This document shows positions 1-11,009 of a stretch of DNA of 64,000 nucleotides, piece by piece. Source of the stretch: Hormiphora californensis (taxonomy: Eukaryota; Animalia; Ctenophora). Position 1 is the stretch's first letter. Each line of letters opens with the position of its first letter. A program made the position numbers and the translations under genes. Location of the stretch: contig CM035350.1 of assembly GCA_020137815.1 (NCBI GenBank), positions 6,386,001-6,450,000 on the forward strand, read 5' to 3'. The notes beneath the pieces were generated by a model, which searched no databases, was not told the origin of the DNA, and worked only from the letters and a program-made list of their open reading frames with translations.

Positions 1-2084
1 AACGGCGAACCTCAAATTTTATCGACGCAATGTCACTTTCGAATCCTTCCTATTAAATAGGGCATTATCTAAGATGACTGCTTTGTAGCCATCGGTAGTC
101 ATCGAAGTTAAAGCTTATTAGCAAACTTGTAGAAAGGAGTCAGAGAAGGAGATATTGAGAAAATAAACTTGTCTCATGGTGCAAATTACACATGAGTCTC
201 TCATAATGATACATTATCGATTCAGTAGGTGCAGTTCGTTGCTCTCCCTGTATGCTGTACACTGAAAAGAATATTCGGGTATGATGTTTACTGTGGAGTT
301 AGAAGAGTAGCTTGGATATATCATATACTTTTAGTTAGTTCAGATATCTTTTCGTCTCGTGTGAAAAATAAAATGCTGTTACTAACCCACATGAAGCCTC
401 TGTAGTACAATTCATTCAGGAATTATCGATCCTTTAAACGTGTTAGTGTTATTATTGATGTAAGCTATTTCTTGCAATGAAAATGCTGTGTAAACTTCAT
501 GGATCAAATTTAGATTTCGACTAATTGAATTGGTCTCAGAGAGTGATTTGATGTAGTGTTAAAATTCGAATATGGGTTTGCAAGAATTGGAGGATTTGTG
601 ACATTAAACTTACCTTGTACATCAGAACTAGCTATTTTCGAATTTTCTTTTTCTGAGTTTCCACGCCATTTTACCAGACTTAAGTTTGATTTTCATCAGC
701 GGTTGGATAATTGACATTGCCTTCTGGGGTAAAAGGGTCCGCCAGAGAGTTACATGAACATTCATTGGCTGAAAGAGGTCGCTAAGTCGAATACCGAAAT
801 AACGACGAGAAAGTCAGAAAAAGACGAAATTCCAAAAAAAAATTCAAAATTACAAAATGAAAAGTTTGTAAAAAACCCGCGCGCGGCGGCGCTACGCGAT
901 TAAATGCGTCGCTTACATTGAATTGATTCGCGCTTTACAAAACTTGCCGACTTGACCTGAGATTCCTGGAAATTCAGGATTTCCCCTTTGTAAATACACG
1001 CGCAATGCGCCAAATTCCAAGAATTACGGGTCAAGTCGCTTGAAAAGGAAAAAGAGTAGAGCTGATTAAAATTACTTCTTGCTGCTTTTTTTCAGCCAAA
1101 ATCTAAAATTCAAAATCAAAAGTGGAGAGAAGAGTTGGAAGTGTTTATTATATGTTTTCTGAGTGTCCTAGACCGCGTCGTGGGCGGCGCGGCACTTTGC
1201 AGTTTGCGGTCGGCCAGTATGACGGAGCAGTGAGCACACTGTTAAAATCCGTGTAGTTATCGGGAAAAGTGTGTAAGGGAAATTTTAAAGCTCAAATGAA
1301 ACTTTACTTGGGACTAAATTCTTGCTAACCTCAGGTCACACACGTCTAGGGCATATAATTCCGAAATCCGATCTACAATTTCCTCCCCATCCGCCATCGT
1401 TACAGGAGGGGTAGTGACGGAGTTCGAAGTTTGTCACCGAAAGAGCATATGTGGTAAAGTGCGTTTCAAACGACTTGACCTGAGATTCCTGGAAATTCAG
1501 GATTTCCCCTTTGTAAATACACGCGCAATGCGCCAAATTCCAAGAATTACGGGTCAAGTCGCTTGAAACGGACTTTAGTTCAGGTCGGTGATCAATACAT
1601 CTGTACAGCTTGAGTTTTCTAAAAGTCGTCAATGTGGTGTTCCAAGCTACTTTCATAAGTATCCCTTAGCTTTTGTCTCACGAAAGGGACTCCAAACTCG
1701 CGGGACGCGGTTCCCCTCGTGCTCCCAGTAGTGGGTTCTCTGCCACTAATCGAGTCATGCGCTCTTCTTGGAATCGATCGAAATTTCTTCTCAGGGGTAC
1801 TGGAAAGGGGAGAGTTGGTTCCACTTGTCAGTGATCCAATCCTTGTACTTTTGGAGTGAGGGGGATCAGATCCCTCAAATGTAATCCAATCCCGGAGCAA
1901 AGGAGTGTGTGTGTGACATGTGACCCAAGATATGGTAGTAGAATGGAATGCGTGAGCACAAAACCCTTGTTGTATCGTTATTAGCTAACTGCAGTTATAT
2001 TAACTTGAATTTGACTGCCATAAAACTTTGCAGCTGGTGCTGTTCCAGTTAATTATAATTCAGTACACTACTAACCCTATCACA

Positions 2085-2210
2085 CACAGTACTTAGTAGT
2101 TTGTAGCTTCGAGCATGTCTCTCTGGTTCAATTCCGGGTCAAACCCAGTATTTTTCTGTTTTCTTCCCTATTTAATTCTTTACTACTTGCTCAGATCACA
2201 TTCAGAATGA
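2085..2210 (+). repeat. Diverged, internally deleted solo copy of the tRNA-like unit found in the 59.6-64 kb array
   Basis: cgagcatgtctctctggttcaattccgggtcaaacccagtatttttt...tcttccctatttaattctt matches the reverse complement of the array unit. Confidence 0.8.
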
Positions 2211-2242
2211 CACTACTAACCCCCTACACACAGCTCTCTAGG

Positions 2243-5200
2243 ATGGGGTTGATGTTCCTTGCATCATGGTGTGTCCTGGCGGCTACCTTTATACACGCTG
2301 GCAAAACGAAGCTGCCCATGGAAAAGAAGGTCTACATTCGCCGAGAACACAGCCTCATCCGACCTTACTCCTGTAAGTAACTAGAAGTCTGAACTAACTC
2401 GGATATTAGGTTGTTCCACAATGTAACAAACTAGCTCTGATAGTAATTAGTAACCACTACCTGTATATACAACCATCATTCCGTCACTATTTCGTTATTT
2501 ACTAAAAGTGCCCCAAACTAAATGTGCCCCGAACTAAAAGTGCCCCGAACAGTTCGGGCCGAACTCTATAGAGCGTGGTTCTATTTTTAGAAAGCTGTTA
2601 TCTGTGTAAGCCTGATGGGGGTTTTGCTTCTAATACCGGGTACCGGCTTGTTATAGCGGCTTACACATGATGTGGGAAATAGTGCCAGATATATGAAAAT
2701 AGAGAGTCGGTAGAACAATAGAAAGTGACAGAGAGAGAAAGAGAAGAGAGAGGAAGAGAGAGAGAGAGTGAAAGCAGAAAGAACAAGAGGGAATGTCGTT
2801 TGAAAAAGAAAGAGATAGATTCGGTTAAAAATAGAGTTGACCGATCACAGCTGACATGCCAACTTTTCAGCGCTAAGTATGGAATCGCCCATGTGGGATT
2901 ATAGTGGATCCACGATAGTCAGTAATAACGAGATCAGGCTAACACCTGACCGACAATCCAAGAACGGTCGAGTCTGGAATACCATTGTAAGTGCTGCCTT
3001 GCTCGACCATCTTTCCGTGTGCGTACAAATGTAAAGGAGGGTTAGAACATACTATCGAAAGTGACAGCTGCTGAGGCCCTCAGCAGCAGCCCTAGATTTA
3101 GAGGGAAGAGAATGTGGCATGGTGAGTGAGTTTTTGATTGTATTTTGTTTGGTACGTGTGTATGTCTGTGTGCGACATGTGCGTGTATGGCTAATTTGGT
3201 TTCCTCACTTCTTACTCTATTCCGACACAACTCCTTGCCCTGCCACATGTATACCCGATACATCTTGCTCTAATTGATATTCCTCCCTGAATAAGGAGAG
3301 AAAAGTAATGAAGGGAACTGGTGACCAAAACCAAACCAAATTAGGACCAAATGATATTGCACTTGTCTGTCTCTTCCATGTCTAACTCACACCCTCATTC
3401 CTCAGCCCCTATCCCACTCACACCCTCACTCCCCAGCCCCTATCCTACTCACACCCTCTCTCCTCAGCCCCTACCCTACTCACACCCCCACTCCTCAGCC
3501 ACATCCCACACACCCTCACTCCTCAGCCCCTATCCTACTCACACCCTCACTCCTCAGCCCCTATCCTACTCACACCCCAGTCCTTATTATACCACTCACA
3601 CCCTCACTCCTCAGCCCCCGCTATCCCACTCACACCCTCACTCCTCATCCCCTATCCCACTCACTCCTCAGCCCCCATCCCACTCACACCCTCACACCCC
3701 AGCCCCTATCTCACTCACACCCTCTCTCCTCAGCCCCTATCCCACACACACTCTCACTCATCAGCCCCTATCCTACTCACACCCTCACTCCTCAGCCCCT
3801 ATCCCACTCACACCCTCACTCCTCAGCCCCTGTCCTACTCACACCCTCACTCCTCAGCCCCTATCCTACTCACACCCTCATTCCTCAGCCCCTATCCTAC
3901 TCACACCCCAGTCCTTATTATACCACTCACACCCTCACTCCTCAGCCCCCGCTATCCCACTCACACCCTCACTCCTCATCCCCTATCCCACTCACTCCTC
4001 AGCCCCCATCCCACTCACACCCTCACACCCCAGCCCCTATCTCACTCACACCCTCTCTCCTCAGCCCCTATCCCACACACACTCTCACTCATCAGCCCCT
4101 ATCCTACTCACACCCTCACTCCTCAGCCCCTATCCCACTCACACCCTCACTCCTCAGCCCCTGTCCTACTCACACCCTCACTCCTCAGCCCCTATCCTAC
4201 TCACACCCTCATTCCTCAGCCCCTGATGGCCCGAAACTGGGAGATGTTGTTGGAGTTCAAGGTTCACGGAGCGGGACGAACCTTGTATGGGGACGGGTTT
4301 GCCATGTGGTACGTGGCTGAAGGGAATCTTAAACCTGGTAAGAAGAGAGAAACGAGATGAGAGAGATAGCGAGAGAAATGAGGAGAGAGATGGACGAGAG
4401 ATAGGGAGAATATTAGAAAAAACAGAATAAGTTTCTTTCTTCTTACCAGTAAGAGGAGAGAATAAGAGAGAGAAATGATGAAGAATAAGAGATGGAAAAC
4501 AATGCTTAGTCTTCAACAATAGGAGTGGGTGTAGTGTCACGTGCCCTTATAGTTTTTACCCGTGCACAAGAGAGAGAGAAGATAGAGAAAGATACATATT
4601 GCGAGATGCGGTGAGATCTATCTAAGCCATGATTAACAGTCATGTCACTGAATTTAGTACTGCAGCAGCTGGAGCAGTACATAGCAGTCAAAAGTAGCTT
4701 CCTGACGTGGCTATTTGGCTGTGAATGCTCCATGAGGGGGAGTTCAGTTTCACTATCAATCAGCTGTAGATCTTGAAGAGTGGAGAGAGTCAAATTTCAC
4801 AACCAGTAACCCAACCGTGTTTCAGGTGATATTTTCGGTGCCAAAAACAACTTCAAAGGTTTGGGAATCTTCTTCGACACGTATAGCAACCACAATGGGG
4901 AGCATCATCACGGTCATCCCTACGTGTCCGCTGTTGTCTTCAATGGAACACAGAAATATGATCATGATACCGATGGTGAGTACTAAGTACTGAGTTAGAA
5001 AGTGGGGGATTGCTCAAGAAAGTGAGGCGCAATCAGGGAATTGGTTTGAATGGGATTTTGTGATGGTAAGTTTTGTTTTGTTCGTATGGAGAGAGGGTCG
5101 AACAAGGACCATGGTGAGTACGGAGTTGGGGGAGGGTGCCACTGTAATTGGGGAAAAGTGGGTTTGGGTGAGATTTTGGGAGTGGATAAGATATTATTTT

Positions 5201-5359
5201 GAGGTTCATAGATGGGCTTTCGTTAGAGTTTTTAGATAACAATGCAAATACGCCATTTTGAATATCTGAATGTATGTGTAGCTAGACAGATATGATACGA
5301 TGACAATAATATGCTAATGCCAGTAACAACTCTCTCTCTCTCTCTCTCTCTTTTTCTCT

Positions 5360-5428
<69 letters not shown>

Positions 5429-5618
5429 AGAAGCTCATTCATTGAACCACAACATTCGTTCTCTTCCTAATTCCTCTATCTCTTTCTCTTTTTTCCATTC
5501 TTTCCCTATTATTTTCTCTCTTTCTCTCTCTGAGTCTGCTAATTTATAACGGACTAGTAACTGGGCTGTACTTACTATTCCTGTACTCAAGAAGGAAACT
5601 ATTTACAGACATTCATTC

Positions 5619-5656
<38 letters not shown>

Positions 5657-7345
5657 AGAAGCTCATTCATTGAACCACAACATCGTCTTTCCTAAGCTTT
5701 TCCTTTTTTCATCCCATTATTTTCTTTTTTCTTTGAGTTGCTATTTATAACGATAGTAACGGGCGTACTTTAAATTCCTGACTCGAAGAAAAAAGAAAAT
5801 ATTAAAACGGGAGAAATTTTGGAATCGGGAAACCGATAAAGAACCAAATAAAACCCGGGGAAAAGCAAAAAAAGGGGAAAGAAAGGTAGGGAGAAAAGGG
5901 AAGTAAGTAGCAAAAAACGAGGAAGAAAAAATTCGGGGGTTATGCTCTCTCCCCTTCCTCTTTCTCTATCTACTTCTCCCTCTCTTCTCTTTCTCTACTC
6001 CCCTTCTCTCACTCTCTCTCTCTCTCTCTCGGTCCACAACACGCACCACTCCCACATGGGGCCGTAAGGTCCCATGTGGAAACAGGGTTAAATCCCCCGA
6101 GCCCGGATCCTGTTGGATCTGAGGGCCCGGAGGGCCTGCGGAGTAAAGGTAGGTAGAACAATGTACATAAGGGTAGGTTGAACAATGTACATATGGGTTA
6201 AAGTAGGAGAAAATATATAAAGGGGAATTAAAGCTCATGGTGACGGAGCAAAAGACCTCCTAAACTATCTGGAAAGAAGCACAACCATCTGGAACGGAGT
6301 CTAAGAAGGGTCAACTTATCAGGAACAGAGGAAGCAAACCGTCTGCATCTAGGGAAACCTAATGGCAAGCAGGAACGGGTAGAAAGGTATAAATATAAAT
6401 AAATTAATTAATGTCGAGAACTTTCCGGAGCGTGTTCATCGAGTTGAACAGGACTGACTTTTGGAGCTGGGAGGGGTAGATTTGGCGGGTTATGGCAGTC
6501 AGGTACTTCTCCAGTCGGGGGCTGACTCCGCCAAGGGCTCCGATCACGATAGGGATGACCGTGGCCTTTTTAAGTTCCCAAATTCGTGTGAGCTCCCTCC
6601 GAAGTTCTTGGTACTTCTCGATCTTATCTGTCTCCCTGTCCGAGACTGACCTGTCTTTTGGTACAGCGACGTCGATCAGTAGCGCTTCCTTCTTTAGTTT
6701 GTCTAGAAGGACCAAGTCAGGTTTACATGCCTGGATGGGGTTGTCCGTCTGTATGTGGAAATCCCATAGGATCTTGTAGTTCTCATTCTCAAGCACTTTT
6801 TCTGCATAGTGGCTCCACCACTTTGATTCAGCAGGAAATCCGTAAGTCCTTGCACATTCCCCAGTGGTAGGGCGGCAGCTACTCGATCGTGTCTGTGCTT
6901 GTAGTCTCCGTTGGCGAGTTTCGTGCATCCGTTTAGGATGTGTTCCACCGACTCGTTGTGTTCGTTACAGATACGGCACTTCTCAGTCACTCCTTTGCTC
7001 TTTCTCTATGGCAGCTTCTTATCCAGTTCGTGCGAATGGCTTGATCCTGGGCAGCAAATACATCGGCCTTCGGTATATCTGCTGAGGCTCTCTTTGTTGA
7101 GCCAGGCCCAGGTCGAATCAGGGTCGCATCCCCCTTCTTCCAGTTGCTTCAGGAATCTTCCATGTAGCACTTTGCTCTTCCATTTCTCTACAAGTTCCGC
7201 CTCTAATCTTTCCTTCAGGGCTTCTGCGTCTTCTGGAGGTCCAGTTAGCATATCCTCAGTCTGCATCGCCGTGTGGAGGGCACGTATCCTGGGGTCCGTA
7301 GAATTGTTGAAGAATGTCACGAGTCCTGTCTCTTCCTTTGCAATG

Positions 7346-7419
<74 letters not shown>

Positions 7420-9485
7420 AACTCGTACACAAACAAAGACACCCCAGACGGTACTCTGAAATAAGCACTACACACTCTGTACCTGTTTGTTTGTCCAGGG
7501 TGTGGGTGGTAATAAACACGGCACCAAGAGGTGCACCTCGTACATTTGTTGGTAATAAACATGGCACCACCAAGAGGTGCCTGGTGCACCTCATACATTG
7601 CAGTGTAAAATGAGTGAACTCTTTCTAATCAAGGTCGCCGGTACTTCACCAACCTACTCCTAGTACTGGTTATGTTCTAACCCTCCTTAACATTTGTAAA
7701 CAGGGTCGAGTAAGGCTAATCGTTGATAGTGGTGTAAAGTGAGTGAACTCTTAGACATGTTTCAGTATGATGAATTACAGCTTGCTGCAGGCCGCATCTT
7801 CCCACACACATACAAAGAGGGGAGAAGGGGTATAGGGATATAAGATTCTAGGTTTTCTAAATCAGCCCTCCCCCTTACCAACCTCTATATTTCGTCAGGA
7901 ACCCATAACGAGTTGGCGGGTTGTCAAAGCAGTTTCAGAGGACAGAAACACGACACTGTAGCGAGCATCAAGTACATCAACAATGTTCTTACTGTGAGTT
8001 TGGGGGTGTAAATGTTGGTTCCAGATTGCTGATATATTACTGATATATTAGTAAATCCTTGCTGCTATAGAGGGTAAAGGGTTATAGCTACTCAGTGTAC
8101 AGATTAGCACTTCTCACTCGTCCAATACTACAGGTCCATATGGATGCCAGAGGCAAGAAACAAGTGGACAAAATGCTTCGAAGTAAAGAATGTGATTTTG
8201 CCCATTGGGTATCATCTGGGATTCAGTGCCCAGACCGGCCAGCTGGCTGACAACCACGACTGTACTAATGTTGAAAACCTACGAGGTCGATCTGCTTCCG
8301 GGTCAGGTCTTCAACCAAGAGGTGGGTGCTCAGTTATTGTCTGCTGTGTTCAGTGTTCACTGTTCATTGCTGGATATTTCCAGTATAACACACGGGGGAC
8401 AACTGACGTCACAATCGGGAAAGGGATTGTATGGAGACGGAGGGCGCGCGGTGGCAGAGGTTGATGTGTTCGCGCGAGAACTGAGACGATAACGCGCGCC
8501 CGAACTCACAGCAACCGTGAAGATAGAAATAGCGCTGAAAAGCGCCCCGGGTAACCCAAATCTTCCCTTTTCAGGAGGCTCTTAAGTTGGTGCCATCAGC
8601 AGAGGGAGAACCTGAGAGACGTAAGTATTTGTACCCTTGTTTAGCCCCACACTCATTGAATAACACGCGTGTCTATGTGAATGTGTGACCCAGTGGTTCC
8701 GTCTATCTTTGAAGCATATTGCCATGGAATCTTAGAATTAGAGATCGTTATAAAACCCACATGCTCACTGACTGTTTGCCGACCCAAACTCAGCACACTA
8801 TTGCAACATAGAAAGATGGTATCATCTCCCTGCATGTATATTTTAGGTTCTTAAATCCTCCAAACCTCTCTCTGCCCACACTGCATGAACTACACTCAAT
8901 TGAATTCTAACATCACCTGCATGCACGCTTCACTCCCACACACGTCACCCTCTGACGGTGCCCTATTTCAGCTCATGTGGACGATCAAGTTCCGCTCTTT
9001 AGCCGTAGAGTTAAAACAATATTCTATATCTGCTTCGGACTGGTGTTTATCTTGATTGTAGGAGGTGTAGCGTGGCACTATTATCAACGGCTTGTTGCCG
9101 CGAAAAACAAGAAGCGATTTTATTAGCCCCCCCCCCCTGGTATATAATTGCAGCTGATGCTGATATGTGTGTTGTGTGTGGAGTGAGAGAGATGCTTTAA
9201 GCTGTTGTGGGACACTTAACTCGCTTTTTTGTATTAAAACAGCTCATTTTTCACGTTTTGTGGGTTTAGCACTCTTCTCAAACCTCCCAACAACAACACC
9301 CCTCTATCATCCCTCCCTCCCTCTCAGCCCGGAGTCCGGACAAACAGACTAGTAGGACATCCTCAGCCCTGTGGACTATTCTATACGTGCTCCTTGCAGT
9401 AATTGTTCTGCTTGTTGTCATTGGCATTGCCATTGTTGTGTGGCAGAAAAAGGAGGAAACTAGACGGCGGAAACGGTTTTATTAG
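2243..9485 (+). CDS. LMAN2: L-type lectin VIP36/VIPL family cargo receptor. Exons approx 2243-2372, 2871-2986, 4220-4337, 4826-4975, 7899-7993, 8134-8321, 8575-8620, then terminal exon 8972-9126 or 9328-9485
   Basis: Manual GT-AG splicing gives a signal peptide, REHSLIRPY, IRLTPDRQSKNGRVWN, GDGFAMWY, GLGIFFDTYSN, HPYVS, YDHDTDG, GFSAQTGQLADNHD, a TM helix and C-terminal KRFY. Exon 6 needs two single-base corrections (~8158, ~8261), probably assembly indels. Confidence 0.93.
3384..4224 (+). repeat. ~31-bp minisatellite (CTCACACCCTCACTCCTCAGCCCCTATCCTA), ~25 copies; the last copy supplies the LMAN2 exon 3 acceptor
   Basis: Direct tandem repeat. The exon starts at cattcctcag|cccctg (4220). Confidence 0.9.
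6031..7349 (-). mobile_element. 5'-truncated non-LTR retrotransposon with restriction-like endonuclease (R4/Dong/NeSL-type), in LMAN2 intron 4
   Basis: Frameshifted ORF pieces with CRIC...ESVEHILNGC (CCHC knuckle), RHD, WDF.IQTD, KPDLV...IDVA...K.EKY (PD-D/ExK) and GALG. Stop at 6404, then ~370 bp 3'UTR. Both ends abut (CT)n. Confidence 0.88.
8972..9126 (+). CDS. LMAN2: LMAN2 alternative terminal exon A (TM + tail ...AAKNKKRFY*)
   Basis: Acceptor ctatttcag, phase 1 matching the upstream donor, hydrophobic helix IFYICFGLVFILIVGGVAW, KRFY-stop. Confidence 0.85.
9328..9485 (+). CDS. LMAN2: LMAN2 alternative terminal exon B (TM + tail ...ETRRRKRFY*)
   Basis: Acceptor ccctctcag, same phase 1, helix LWTILYVLLAVIVLLVVIGIAIVVW, KRFY-stop. 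Confidence 0.85.
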
Positions 9486-9494
9486 TAATATACC

Positions 9495-10453
9495 TCGACC
9501 AAAACGCGGAGTTTTTACGTCAGCCGACCCGAAACCGGATTAAATTTGGCCACCCGCTGGTCTCATGGCCTCCAAATATGTCAAAATATGTCTGAATTGT
9601 CATTTGGGGTCATTTAGACCTTTTAATTACATGTAATTACCCTTTAATTACATGTAATTACATTTTAATTACATGTAATTACTTCCAATTACATTCCAAT
9701 TACTTCAGCACCTCGAGAGCTTTCGAACGCACCCTAGAACACCTTTCTACTCCTTCTAATTGCCGAGATCTGCATACCCCTTATTTTGACTGTTTTTCGC
9801 GTCCTACCCCTTATAGGTTTAGGTATGGCCATCGCCACACCCCCTATACGTCGCGGGACCTCGAGACCTTTCCAACGAGCCATAGAACACCTCTCTACTA
9901 CTTCAGGGGGCTTCAAAACTTTCACTCTAAAAATATCTATGGTTTATGGTTTTATGGTTTATGGTTTTATATCGACCAAAACGCGGAGTTTTTACGTCAG
10001 CCGACCCGAAACCAGATTAAATTTGGCCATCCGCTGGTCTCAGGGTCTCCAAATATTTCAAAATATGTCTGAATTTTCATTTGGGGTCATTTAGACCTTT
10101 TAATTACATGTAATTACCCTTTAATTACATGTAATTACATTTTAATTACATGTAATTACTTCCAATTACATTCCAATTACTTCAGCACCTCGAGAGCTTT
10201 CGAACGCATCCTAGAACACCTTTCTACTGCTTCTAATTGCCGAGTTCTGTATACCCCTTATTTTGACTGTTTTTCGCGTCCTACCCCTTATGGGTTTGGG
10301 TATGGTCATCGCCACACCCCCTATACGTCGCGGGACCTCGAGACCTTTCCAACGAGCCATAGAACACCTCTCTACTACTTCAGGGGGCTTCAAAACTTTC
10401 ACTCTAAAAATATCTATGGTTTATGGTTATGGTTTTATGGTTATGGTTATGGT
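9495..10453. repeat. Two tandem copies (~477 bp) of a repeat with internal TAATTACATG motifs and a (TATGGT)n tail
   Basis: tcgaccaaaacgcggagtttttacg at ~9496 and ~9972; near-identical bodies, each ending in TATGGTT repeats. Confidence 0.85.
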
Positions 10454-11009
10454 TTTTTTTCATCTGGTATTAAGGGCCTGTCGGCTCGGCCCCGTTGTTT
10501 TAGTTTTAGGGGGGATGTTTTAGGGGGGATGGGTTGAGTTTGGGTTATATTCGGGTCGGGGGGCCTTGCCAGGCCCCGAATATTTGGGGTGATGCATGTG
10601 AAAGTAGTTAATTCTGTGTGAGCTTGTTGAGTACTCAACAAGTGTGAGCGTGTGTAATTTAATTAAGTCTTGTGATTATGATATATTATGTGACAGGGAG
10701 TGATTATTGAACAATTGTACATGCAAACATTAGGGGTGTGTTCGTTTTTCTCCATTTTGACTAGAGTCTAGAGCTACACGATATGAGTTGAATGCGTGAG
10801 AGAGAGATTTGAGTGTTTGTTGGTTTATATTTATTTTCTTAGATAGAAAAATGATACTTCTCGATAGAGCAGGATTTGAGAGAGAAGAGGGGAGCAAAAT
10901 AAAAGACAACTGAGATATATTGAGGTATGTGTGTAAGAGATTTGTACGCAAATTTTTTACCCAACATAAAAATCTGGTGTCTTTTTAATCTCTCCACCAT
11001 TTGATAGTC

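Noticed and set aside
1-1900. Minus-strand ORFs 1336-1656 and 1619-1900, and a ~97-bp direct duplication (~949-1045 / ~1472-1568)
   Set aside because: No recognisable domain or consistent splice model; the duplication is real but unexplained.
3351-4226. 291-aa Pro/His/Ser-rich ORF
   Set aside because: Translation of an intronic minisatellite, ending out of frame with the real exon.
5330-5960. Local duplication after (CT)n (5420-5600 versus 5650-5800)
   Set aside because: The second copy degrades progressively into A/G noise, which looks like a consensus artefact.
6040-6140. Hammerhead or HDV ribozyme in the retroelement 3'UTR
   Set aside because: Hairpins are present, but CTGAGGG and GAAA do not fit the CUGANGA/GAAA core geometry and I could not build an HDV pseudoknot.
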